64,000 nt of DNA. It comes from Ramazzottius varieornatus (lineage: Eukaryota > Animalia > Tardigrada). The notes below the pieces were generated by a model. It was not told the DNA's origin, searched no databases, and saw only the letters and a program-made list of their open reading frames with translations. Location: contig BDGG01000004.1 of the NCBI GenBank assembly GCA_001949185.1, forward strand, positions 4,559,777 through 4,623,776. The letters are read 5' to 3'. Positions 52,838-64,000 of this stretch are shown here, piece by piece (the first letter of the stretch is position 1; each line of letters begins with the position of its first letter). The position numbers and the translations under genes are program-made.

Positions 52838-53754
52838 ATTCGATTATCAGCGAAGGAGCCAGGAACGATCAGCTTTGTCGCAGCACCACGAACCACACGA
52901 ACAACTCGGTCTCCCACCAATCCAAAACAAGTACGGAACAAACGTTAGGATTAAAAGTACATGGAAGACCGGAGGAAGTTTAAGAATCAAGAGGCCAAAG
53001 GCGAAGAGTCGAGCGCGCGAGACTGAAAGTGCATATACAAAGTAACTATATTCCAAAGTTTTCTTGCTGTTCTTGGTTGCCCATCCGCCCCTGAGCCCTG
53101 GGGGTTGCAGTGGTTTTCTTTTCGGATTGACCTGCAACTCTAATTTCAAAGTGTCTACTACAGCACTACTGCGCACCTAACCCGTAGGAGTGACTCGTAT
53201 CCCACTGTGCTTTCCGGTCGAGTTCCCACATCCCTACTTCTACTTAACTTAATGCTCCTTCTCCGAGTTTGTTCGACTGCTCATGCGTGATCCGCTGAGT
53301 AGCCTATCTGGTACGGGGTACACCAGCCTCCTCTGGAATCAACTTCGCAGACGAAGTGAGTTGTGTTTCATTGAATAATTGCTCTAATCACTCTAGCGTA
53401 ATCGATCGGCTTTTCTAGATTCCTGTCCGCCATGCCCATTCTGTGAAAGCGAGCGGCGCTCCCCGCAATAGGATCAAATGCTAATAAATCCGTTTCAGTT
53501 CAGCGGATGTTAAGAGAACGCACGTGAGCAGCTCGTAACGTCTGATCTCCACCGGAAGCCATCCGTCCCTTGTTCCGCGAGCTAGTTGCATCCAAAGGTC
53601 TCCAATGTTCTGTCGCATTGCAAGCCGAGCAAGGTGTCTAGTTTACTCGTAGCTCACCAAATGCTGCGATACAAACTCATCTTCCGGTTGGGTTGTGCAT
53701 AGGCTTTTATCGAATGCGCTGGATCAGTCTGCCAAATCGCCAGTCGTTGGCCGG

Positions 53755-54252
53755 ATGATGACGAGCTCAAAGAAAGGAAGCGGGGATGACTTGACCGTCG
53801 AGCACGATCTTACGGGTAGGAGTTTCTTCATCCCGCTGGCGCAGTCGGAAAAGAAAGCCGTTCTTCATTATACTTTTCCAAAAGAAAACATTATTGATCT
53901 GCAAGCAACTCTCGTACCCGAAGAGTTCAGAGGTCAAGGCATCGCGGCGAAGCTGGTCGATTCCGTAAGTAACATCAGAATCTCACTTCCGCTCGGCTTT
54001 GTGCCTTTGTTCATGTGACTGGTCAGAATCGCCGTTCTTCCACTTTCAGGCTCTACATTATGCTGCCGACAACGATCTCAAAGTTAAACTGGTAGGAAAG
54101 GTCGCGCGCTTTCTCAGAGTCAGTTAGAGTATTTGAATATATACTATGTTGGGGATTTGCAGACTTGTTGGTATACAGCGGAATACGTCGACCATAATCA
54201 AAAGAAAATCCAAAATTCGGAAAAGCTCAGAGATCTGGAATTTGTTAACTAA
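53755..54252 (+). CDS. NATD1: NATD1-like GNAT acetyltransferase-domain protein (start uncertain)
   Basis: VEHD..F.I..AVLHY..IDLQATLVPEEFRGQGIAAKLVDS|ALHYAADNDLKVKL|TCWYTAEYV across three exons. Confidence 0.82.
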
Positions 54253-54532
54253 TCTGTTGCAAGTACGTGGATATGTCTCAGATGTGTAGAAACCCGAACC
54301 TTTTTGAGTTTGACGGCCCGAAAGAGTACAGGCTAGTGCAGCGTTATTTTCATAGTTTTTCAAACAGTTTTATTTGAAGGCTGGTCGGAAAGACAAGACT
54401 AGCGCAGCTAGAACGTCATTTAAAAAAAGTAAAGTTTGCTTTAACCTGATGGGATGAAGCATTACATGATGGTTAAAAACAAGAGAACGAACAACCGATG
54501 TAATATACATGCGAGCAAGAAAAGGGTCATGT

Positions 54533-56729
54533 CTAAAGTTCATCCTTGGGGGCCTTATTTTCGTGTTCGTCATCGTCATCCATGGCATTGTCCAAGTCCT
54601 CATCATCACCTTCCGGCGCTGCTTGGCCAAACTCGCCGCCACTTTCCAAGAATTTGGTCATGCCTTCCAGGGTTCGTTCACCATTGTAATCGACCACCTT
54701 GTTGTCACCCTTCTTGTACAGCTTGATGGTGGGGAAGGAGTCGATGCGGGTGTGCTCCAGCTCGTTGGCCGTCGAGTCCATCTTGGCGATGACTACGTCG
54801 TTGCGAGCAGCAAACTTCTCGGCCAGCTCGTCGTAGATGGGCACCAGCTTCTTGCAGTGGCCACACCACGGGGCGTAAAACTCAACCAGCACATCCTTGC
54901 TCTTGTCAAAGGCTACTTCATCAAAGTTTTTACCCACCAACACCTTCACCGGGGCTTTGTCCCAGTCGGCGGGGATCTCCTGCGAGTTCAGATGGGGCTT
55001 CAGTTTACCTGAAAAAAAACAAAAAGACACGATGAGCACAGGGAACTTCCTCTCAAGATGCGTGCTCGGAAAACAAACTCGACCAGATTGTTGCCCGAGT
55101 GACGCACCTTCTCAGCCTTATTAGCTGAAAGCATTCGCCGCTTAGAGAACCGATCTTACAGAGTTTCATTGTTTTCCCAAGTGGCGCGCGTTGTCGGTAT
55201 TGTTGACTAGTACCATGCGCCACTTAGGGAAACATATGCAGGTTCTATTTCCCCCAGTCTTAGATGTTTGTCTGATGTCCGTACCTGCCAAGTAGTCATC
55301 GACAAAGACTTTGAGCTTCTCGGGGTTAAGTTCCGAAACATCGGGCTTGTACTTGACCAGTTGTTCAGCCAGGTTGATCAAGCGAACGGCTGGATAGTCT
55401 TCCTTCTGCAGACCGAAGAACTCGGTAATACGGCTGTTCTCTTCGACATCAGTGTTGACAAAGACAAAGAGGAGCTTGTTCTTGTACTGTTTGGCCAGCT
55501 CGCGGACCGATTCGTTAACACGGTTGAAGTTGTCCGTCTCTTTGCTCATAAAGATCAGCAGATGGTTCTTCATCTCGCCCGAGAAGATGCGCTGAGCGGA
55601 CTGTTGGTTGAACTCGATGAAGAGCGGAAGGGAAGTTTCCTTGACGAACTGGATAATCTTGTCCTTGTCGTTCAAGTCTGTCTTCAGCTCAGCTCGTCCT
55701 TCGTCAAACTTCTTGAAGAGAACCAGCATGTTACCGCTGGCCTTGTACTCCTCGGCAATGGCCTTGTCTGTCACATAACCAAACTCAATGTCATCGAAGG
55801 AGCGAACAGCTTCCACGAAAGCCTTGGCATCTTCGATCTCCGACGATTCGCCCTTAAAGAAGCCAATGACGGCCACTTCGCGGTCAGCCAGGAAAGTCTT
55901 GATGGCATCGACGCTGTCCAACTTTGTGGCCGGGAAGCCAGTCTTCTTCTTCAGCCAGCTGATGATGCCTTCGGCTTGTCGAGGACCTGTAAACAACCAC
56001 ACAGACCTCTTCAAACGAGCATGTTGAGTGACAAGTATTGGCAAGTGGCAAACAATGGATCCAAAGTCCTGCCGGAAATCAAAGCTCACACCAATGGCCA
56101 ATCTGATAGTTACCATTGATCTGCTCGGTTGATTGACTTTCATGTCTGTTTCGTTGATTGACCAGACAGGGTACACTGCACGGTGAAGTAGACACATGAC
56201 GTGATTCACCCATCGACTCTTCACGTCGGGCAACGGTACTGCCAGCCCGTGAACCATGACGTCACGCACCACTGCTACCAAGTCTACCATGTCCGGCACG
56301 CGTGACGACTGATGAACACATTGTTCTGTGGATGCGAGAGGTGCACGGTCCAGTTTGTCTGGTATCTGGAGCAGAATTCTTACCGTTGTATTCTGTGGGA
56401 ACACCGTCATGGAAGAACTTGAGAGTGGGGTATCCGCGGACACCAAACTTGGAAGCCAAATCGCTCTCGACGGTAGCGTCCACCTTGGCCAACTTGATGG
56501 CGCTGTTCTCATCCTTGAGCTTGGTGGCGGCTTTGGCGTATTCAGGAGCCAGCGACTTGCAGTGTCCACACCAGGGAGCGTAGAACTCTACCAGCATATC
56601 ATTGTGCTCTTTGAGGGCAGCGTCAAAGTTGCCGTTCTCCAGAACCAATACGTTTTCCTCCTCCTTGATCTCGGTGGCCATAATCGACAACACCACCAAG
56701 GGCAACACCAGCAGGCTTGTCCACAGCAT
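54533..56729 (-). CDS. P4HB: Protein disulfide-isomerase (PDIA1), 507 aa, 3 exons
   Basis: Exons 56729-56384, 55986-55285 and 55008-54533; signal peptide, two [12 protein letters not shown] sites, acidic tail, KDEL. Confidence 0.96.
55064..55234. repeat. Two tandem palindromic family copies (PDI intron 2)
   Basis: GAGTGACGCAC-N25-ATTCGCCGCTT and TTTTCCCAAGTGGCGCGC-N25-ATGCGCCACTTAGGGAAAC. Confidence 0.85.
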
Positions 56730-56901
56730 TCTTGGGGCCCTCCTTGAACTGTCTTGGATCCGTCGGTCCTCCACGTCAACCACAAAGATGGCTCCCACAG
56801 AAATAAAATAATAATGTCCTTGAGACTTATCAAAATGATTTGCTTGCGCGTGGCAGTCTGGCAGATGGAGCCGGCGATGCGAAATATGGGCGGGCCTTGG
56901 A

Positions 56902-56920
56902 GTTGGACCTCTTTGATTGG
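56902..56920 (-). promoter_or_regulatory. ERSE-like ER-stress element upstream of PDI
   Basis: Minus strand reads CCAAT-caaagaggt(N9)-CCAAC about 170 bp upstream of the PDI ATG, with a GC box (GGGCGGG, 56888-56894) alongside. Confidence 0.5.
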
Positions 56921-57377
56921 CTGAGCATGTTGATCTAATCAGATAAGAAAATAACTTTGGGCAGCAAAACTGCCGCAGCAGCGACGTGCAAACTGCAAAG
57001 CATATGCACGTACCACAAATTCACAATTCAAAAATGGTCTCTGCTTGCGGAATTGAATGGCGGTATATTCTGCAGGCACAGGTTCAGGCCCACGCCCGAG
57101 TAGCTCGCGCTTTAGCATGGCCTAACCGTACGGTTTGACTGCTCCGATCGCGACTTATGGAGTTATCGTTCTGATGGTCGATCCCCCTCGAGTCTGAGTT
57201 TGCTGAGAATCCTTTCTTCAGTAAGTGACACTCGAGAAACGCGACTCATGTCGGTAGCTGCAAGGCCTTTGTGGGGATCGTTGCATCCTGACGGCATGTT
57301 CTTCGAGTCCTGATAAACGGCAGCTGTTGGTTTGCAGGTGGGGAATCCACCCCATATTTATTGCAGTGGATGTGGCA

Positions 57378-59082
57378 ATGGCACTCTTACCAACACGGGC
57401 ATCTTTATTCATGCTACATGGGAGAGGAAAATTCAGCCCAAGATTTTGCTGGCCCTCGAGAGTTCCGTGCTCGTTTTATTCACAAGCGTCGCGCGAGGAG
57501 AACAGTGATTATGACCTGGTCATCGTTGGTGGTGGAATAGTCGGTGCAGCGACAGCGTACAAGATTGCCAATTTGCCTAGATCCAATCCTTTGAAGATTT
57601 GCGTTGTGGAAAAGGAAAAGAGCCTGGCTATGCATCAAACAGGAAGGAACAGCGGCGTCATACATAGTGGTATCTACTACAAACCAGGTGAGTCTAACAA
57701 GCCAAGTTTACTGTGTAGTCATGACGTCATGCGGGAGTGTATTGGGTGGGAGGCTGCTGTAGGGTTTCGTTCAACTCGCGCACTCTATGCTGCGCAACTG
57801 CAGTACGTATGTTTGATCCGACTGGCAGACCGATTGCCGGTGTTTCTGCACATCGGATTTGTGTTGCTATAAGCATGGTTCGCCAGGTTACGGATATTCA
57901 AAGTAAAGCGGACGGCATATTACAGTAAGGAGTGGGAAACTCGTCGATAATAATGGGGATGTTTTGCAGGTTCGCTGAAAGCCAAACTCTGCGTAGAGGG
58001 ACTGGACCTGATGTACGACTTTTGCCAAAAGCACGGCATTCCAACCCAGAAGGTGGGTAAACTGATAGTTGCCGTGACCGATGAAGAGATTCCGGGCTTG
58101 GAGAAACTGTACGAAAGCGGAACGCAGAACAAGGTTCGCGACCTGGAGATGATTGATGCGAAGGGCATCAAGGAGCGCGAACCGCACTGCCAGGGCGTCA
58201 AGGCACTGCTCTCCCCCCATACCGGCATCGTCGACTACGCCCTCGTCACGCAAGCTATGGCGCAAAATGTCAAAGACAAGAATGGCGACGTCCTGCTCAA
58301 CTTTGAAGTGAACGGTTTCCATTCCGGAGGGGAGGATAGGCTGGTCATTACAGCCAAAGATGGGAGAAAAGTCCACTGCAAAGGCTGGTTTGCTTCTCGT
58401 TTTCCTACTGTAAGGCGTTCTAGTTAATGTTGGAGTTGTCTTTATAGGGGCTATTGTGTGTGCTGGACTGCAGTCCGATCGTCTAGCCGTTCTGTCACAT
58501 TGCAAGTCCACGCCAAAGATTGTCCCCTTCCGCGGCGACTACCTCCGACTAAAGCCGGCAAAGCGCCATTTGGTCAGAGGCAACATTTATCCGGTTCCGG
58601 ATCCTCGATTCCCCTTCCTGGGCGTACACTTTACGCCGAGACCTGACGGGGACCTCTGGCTGGGCCCGACTGCAGTGCTGTCATTTGCCAGAGAAGGTTA
58701 CGGTATCTATGACATTTCACTGAAAGACACGTGGGAAATGCTGACATTTCCCGGCTTGTTGAAACTGGGTTCGCGCTACATGAAGTTTGGCCTTGGTGAA
58801 ATGTACAGAAACTTCTACTGGCCGGCACAAGTCAAGCAGCTACAGAGGTACATCCCCGAAATCACGGTCGATGATGTGGAGCGTGCACACGCGGGAAACC
58901 GGGCTCAAGCGATTGGTTCTGACGGGGACTTGGTTGACGATTTTATTATTGACACGGCGGAGGACGAACTGGGATCAAAGATTGTCCATGTACGAAATGC
59001 GCCCTCTCCGGCCGCTACTTCCTCATTAGCTATCGCCAATTTTATAGTCGACACTGTCAAAGACAAATTCAAATTTCTCTAA
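57378..59082 (+). CDS. L2HGDH: L-2-hydroxyglutarate dehydrogenase, mitochondrial
   Basis: DLVIVGGGIVG, HQTGRNSGVIHSGIYYKPG|SLKAKLCVEG, CAGLQSDR, IYPVPDPRFPFLGVHFTPR, RNAPSPAATSSLAI; exons 57378-57687, 57970-58383, 58448-59082. Confidence 0.95.
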
Positions 59083-59581
59083 TGCTCAAATATTACCATT
59101 TCACTTGACTTCTTGCTAAATTTCATCTGGATTTTATATCTTATGAGATTTTATGTTAGGTTTTATCCTTTGTGAGGTGTCTTCAACGGTTTCCCGTCAT
59201 GAACGATAACTTGCCGATAGAACTAAGATTACTAGATATTTTAATCTGTGGAGTAGTACAAGGCACTTTTCGTTTTATCTAAACATGGTGTCACATTACT
59301 GTTTCTATATCAAAACAAGAAAAAAACCCACAGTCGTGACCAGTGGATGTCTGTAAAGAGCTGAGCTTTTTAAGGGGAAATGCGAGATCTCCTAGGTGTG
59401 GCAGAGTGGGTGTGGCACAGTACGGTGCAAACAGTGCAAGCTGGAGTGATTAATTGAATGTTTACATTCGAAATTCGGATTCAAAAACTGGATCGTCGGT
59501 CCTTCGTGCTCATGGTAAACGTAGTTTGGCAGGTGGAAAAACATACGTTTGATCTTTTGCGTGAACGCGAACTTGGACACG

Positions 59582-61012
59582 ATGGCTTCGGACAAAGTGG
59601 TTATTGATATCGTTCCGGAATCATCAGGCAAAGGACAGAGTGCAGCTGAGAGTACCACGGTCCAAGCCTCATCTCAGCCATCCGACTCCTCTTCGTCATG
59701 GATGCCCTCGTGGTTATCCGGTGCAGCTGGTCTTCGAGGCCGACCCCAAGTCCCATCAGGTAATGCTGACGTGGAGAAGGGGTTGCAGAAAGGCGAAGCA
59801 GTGAAGCGGACTCATTCCAGTGGAGCAGCAGATAAAACAGAACGGCTTCCACCTGTCCTCCTCCCCTCCAGGCACCCCTCCCGACACATGTCCGTCAGCG
59901 AGAAGGAACAGTCGTCGATGGTAGCGGAAAAGTCCAGTAATATCAAGCAAGAAGAAGCCAAACGCAAAGCCAAGGCTGCTGCTCCCCAAATTCCTCGTGC
60001 TGGCACGATGAAGAGCAACTTCAGCTACGATACCTTGAAAGAAAGAGCCGACGTTTGGCGGAGAGAACGTAGTAAACGGCCGACCAAAGCTCCCCCACTA
60101 GAGAGGCAAGACAGTTTCATCGAGCGTCCCACCGATCGTTCACGCAAGTCCATCCATGAGTTTGGCCATGTCGAAGAAGGCAACCGACCAAAGATCCGCT
60201 TCACCCCGGAAGAGAGCGATAAGGTCGACAAGGATATCCTACGGTTGATGGGCGCTCTCGAACACAGTCGCTATCCCTTTAACCGGGATAAACATCACCT
60301 GTTCAGTAAATTGCGCTTCATCCGAAGGAAACAATTAGGTCTTCTCTTCGCCCATCGGGAGCTGGATAGCACGGGTTACTTTGATACCGACCGCGATGAA
60401 TTGGGCTATGACGTCATCAGTAGCAAGATTGGAACCATGCATAGTGTGGTAAGAGTAGTACGTTGAATCGTGACGTAATTTGTCATGTGGCAGCTTGGCA
60501 AACAAGCACGACAAGATTGTTTTCCCAAGTGGGGCACATCATCAGGGTTATTCGCTGAGCGAGAGCGCCACAGGGTAAACGATCTTGTCGAGTATCTTTT
60601 GTCGAGCTTCCATATCGTTGATACTGTATGTCATGGCTTTGGTCCTTCCGCACAGATCGACGCCATCTCTCGTGATGTGTACGAGCTTCGCGAGCTGCTG
60701 TACTACGAGAAGAAGAACCAAACGCCTCCCAACCGTCGAGGTTCTTCCGACAGACGAACTTCGTCAGAACCTCCACCCGTCGAGCAAGTCAAGCCAACGT
60801 CACGACGACCACGAATGGCATCTTACGACCCTGTCCAGTCGCGAGCCGCCCACAAACCTTCCATCAATCCCTTACCCACTATTCCCTCCGCCTCGCGTCT
60901 CGAGCAGCACAACCACTCGGCTCCTTCGCCCAATCGCTCCTTACTAAAACATTCCCTCAGCACCGAATCGTTCAAATCGGCCAAAAGTGACGATACACTA
61001 ACCGAAGACTGA
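59582..61012 (+). CDS. Uncharacterised, largely disordered Ser/Arg/Pro-rich protein, about 407 aa, 2 exons
   Basis: Long ORFs 59582-60448 and 60656-61012 join in frame by a GT-AG intron; no family recognised. Confidence 0.7.
60489..60611. repeat. Palindromic family copy (orphan gene intron)
   Basis: CGACAAGATTGTTTTCCCAAGTGGGGCAC-N25-GAGCGCCACAGG..CGATCTTGTCG. Confidence 0.88.
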
Positions 61013-61197
61013 GTGAGACTCCTTTTTACTGTTCAGTTTGTATTTACTTCCGGTTCGTCTGCGGTAGAAAAGAATTTTTAATGAAATGAAACGTAAATTC
61101 CGTGAATACGAACTGCCAAGTTTGGATGGGTAACTGTATACACGTGTCAGTGTCAGGATGATGCTAATAAGGCTTGTAAAACTGTGTGAAGAACGTT

Positions 61198-62846
61198 TCA
61201 AGGATTAGTTCCACGATGTACTGCGACGTCGAGAGCAACGGCAACTTCTGGATCGGGAGGCGGAGGTCGGTTGGTGTCTTCCTCCATCAAATCTTCCGCT
61301 TGTACAGCAAAGGTCTACAGCCAAGAATCATGCGAGATTACAAGGCTGTACCGGAATTTATTACAGAGTAATATTCAACACTAACTAAATAATATGACTT
61401 ACGGATTGTGCTGGCCGAACTGTCGCTCGAGGCTCCTTTATCACTTCCGAGATCTATCGAGAAAAAACTCCATTAGTGATTTACCACATCGAAGTATCCG
61501 CAGGAAATACTACGCACGAGATCTTCAACCAGTTGATCGTCATAAACTTGGAAAGGGTGATCTTTGCCGACGACTGCGACGGAAACCAACTTGCTGCTCA
61601 GTTCTTGGTCGTTGGTCAAGGTGTCGCGAAGAGCACGAAGAGCGTGGCGTACAAGATCTTCCACTGTCTGAGCTGCAGAGTAAGAAGGGTAAACAAAAAG
61701 CTTCCTGCGGGCTACATGCACAAAGGGAGGAAGAGTATCTAAGGTCTTACTGGCTTGGTAAGTATCCAAATGCTTCTCCAGATAGGTACGGGCAGACTGT
61801 GAACGAGCACCGATGGACATGCCCTTGCATTCGTAGTGATTAGCTGACGGATCAATCTGGATTAAATGTGGTCCTTTGTGCTGCAACAGTAAGCACATGT
61901 AAGAATGAAAAGTATTTCTCCGGTCAGACTAGAGGAAACTTACGTCAAAGCCGATCATCAGCAAACCGACGCCGTAAGGACGGCCAGATTCTTCCTGCGT
62001 TGTCACCTGCATCTCTAGAAGGCGAAAGGTGGTTAACGGAGTCCTTCAACGAAGACCGGAAGGATAAACTTACTATTGCCCAGAGTGCCCACTAGTCGGC
62101 TGAGCGGCATTGGCCGAGAATAGGCGTATCGATGATTTAAACATTCCGTCTGAAGAAAGTTACTGCAAAGGAGGAACCATCAAACTTGACGTACAACTTG
62201 AGTGGAAAAATGTCAGCTCAAAAGCCTTCGTTTCTGAGTTTTGCTAAACAACAAGATGCTTCTAGATGCTTCCGGAATTAACGATGGTAGTGCAAACGGA
62301 ATTAAAGATGGTAGTTGCGATTGGAGCAACTAATGAAACAGAATTTAATGCTAATTTGACTTACTTGATAGTGCGAGCATCAGCAGTCAAACCAGCAATG
62401 CCCACCCCGCAGTGCTCATCAATGGCAAATAGCTTCTTCTGATACGAAGCTAACTCAGATGGTACACGCTGTGAAGACGAAGATCCCTCGTAAGCTGCGA
62501 TGGACATCAATCTGAATGTTAGAAGGACTGCTGTAGTTGTGCTTACCTTGACAGCGGCGATTGCGGCGTGAGTGGCATTCTTCATTCCCACGACAGCCGA
62601 GCCTTGCTTCACCGCTTCCATGGCATATTCGATCTGATGCAGTCTTCCCTACAAAGAAGGATCATGCGGTCGTACGCCAGTGATCGTTCAAACTCAACGG
62701 CAGTCTTACTTGTGGACTCCATACTGTCACGTCGTTGTCGTATTGGTTTCGAAACTGTCGAAAGGAAAACAAAATGAGCGTCAAAACAAGAGAAGACATT
62801 CTGCTTACGTCGAAGCCCCTCTGCGATGAGATAGGAAACATACCAT
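61198..62846 (-). CDS. PSMA1: Proteasome subunit alpha type-1 (alpha6)
   Basis: M|[15 protein letters not shown]|[80 protein letters not shown]. Confidence 0.95.
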
Positions 62847-64000
62847 TATGCCTCCTGCGGGGAATCCGGACGTCCCTTAAATCCCTGATGATCACTGACG
62901 AGGAGCAAAGATGATACAAGTCGGTACAAGTCCGTTTCAAGAGTTCCACCAAATTTCGTCCACCGTCGTCGCTCTCTCCGACCCGCCTGAATCTCTGCGC
63001 TTGTCACGTACCAAGAAATCACTACCATGAGCGTCAGACTCAGAGCAACTCCTTCCGAACCACCAGATCCAAATACTGCCCACAAAATTCACACTTCGCA
63101 CAGGAAGAAATTTTAGAAAATCCAAACAGTGAAAATTTGTTAAGTCATCCTCCAGCCGAGCTGCAGTGATATCCTGATCCGCCCCTATGGCTTGCCAAAA
63201 GCACTTCATGCGCGTGTTTGGTCAGAGAACGTTCACTGATATCGAGGTACTTGGCTTGCTGGGCAGTGCTGGCCATGGGACATTTGGGATCATCGCCGGA
63301 ACCATGTCTACTACTGCAACCCTTTGGGTTGGGTAACCCATAGGAAAGACTCGTATTCCACTGTCCCGGAACTGAAGAAATGAAGGAATCGCGGAGGTCA
63401 CAATTCTTACAGTTTGTATGTTCTTTACTGAGCTCGTAATCGGTTTTAAGCCTGTTGACGATATATGATCTAGAAGCTTCGTCCGAGTGCATTTTGTTGT
63501 CCTGGCGAGCCACCGAGAGCTGGAAGAACCAGCGAGTCGCGGCTCAGCTAGTTATTTCAGACTGGAAGGTTCTTCGAAAGTGCGCGCCGATGTGGAGGTC
63601 TGACGTTGGATTGTCCGTTGTCGGATGCAACTAAGATGTAGAGAAGACAACTTCTGATGGCAAAACTTTTTGAATTGGCGCACTGTGAATAGTGTTGCAA
63701 TATGGAACCTGCTACCACTGGTTTATTATTATTAAAACAATAACAATTAAACCTTTCTGCACGAAAAAGGCACAGTCCAAAACTCTTTGGTCATTCAGTA
63801 CAGGAACTACAAAAAATACGGCGTTAATAAAAACAAAGTCTAACATCCGAGCTACGAAAATATAGCGGCTTTATCAGTTTGGCTGCTTCTTAACAATGGT
63901 AATCTTTTGATTGTCACAAAAGTTTTCGGTGAAAGGAATACAGTTGAAGTATGAGCAGACTTCGCAGTCGTAAACTGGATGAATGTAGAAGAGGACGAAA

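Noticed and set aside
53100-53330. Several short hairpins between IK and NATD1
   Set aside because: No tRNA, snRNA or snoRNA signature; stems are short enough to be chance.
55268-56119. 283-aa plus-strand ORF (and 54509-55012)
   Set aside because: Antisense shadow of the codon-biased PDI exons; no independent motif.
368-60611. Palindromic repeats with fixed spacer read as a CRISPR array or attC-like cassettes
   Set aside because: Copies are dispersed in spliceosomal introns of an animal genome, spacers are related to each other, and there is no cas or integrase gene.
63145-63513. 122-aa minus-strand ORF upstream of PSMA1
   Set aside because: Non-ATG start in the track, no recognisable homology, and stops follow in frame.

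Overview
Gene-dense invertebrate (animal) genomic DNA with about 47% GC by eye and many short GT-AG introns of roughly 55-110 nt. This fits a compact ecdysozoan genome such as a tardigrade, but the taxon cannot be proven from this window. Spliced genes reconstructed by hand, in order: EVA1-like SUEL lectin (-, partial), MARCH6 (-), RNASEK (+), RGS7/EGL-10 (+), a secreted chitin-binding protein with a long His/Glu/Ser-rich tail (+), a small secreted orphan (-), a cadherin of about 24 repeats that apparently ends with no transmembrane segment (-), a G-protein gamma subunit (+), IK/RED (-), NATD1-like GNAT (+), PDI (-), L2HGDH (+), an orphan (+) and PSMA1 (-). Three things stand out. (1) A dispersed ~120-bp palindromic element occurs at least 24 times, mostly one per intron. 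Its core CAAGTGGCGCAC-N25-GTGCGCCACTTG keeps a near-invariant spacer length although the spacer sequence has diverged, and the two arms of a copy often share private variants. (2) A three-level transposon nest: an intact intron-containing DD35D pogo sits inside a hAT non-autonomous element, which sits inside a CACTG-TIR element. (3) The cadherin appears soluble and Cys-stapled and lies next to other secreted, cuticle-type genes. All exon boundaries are manual predictions.
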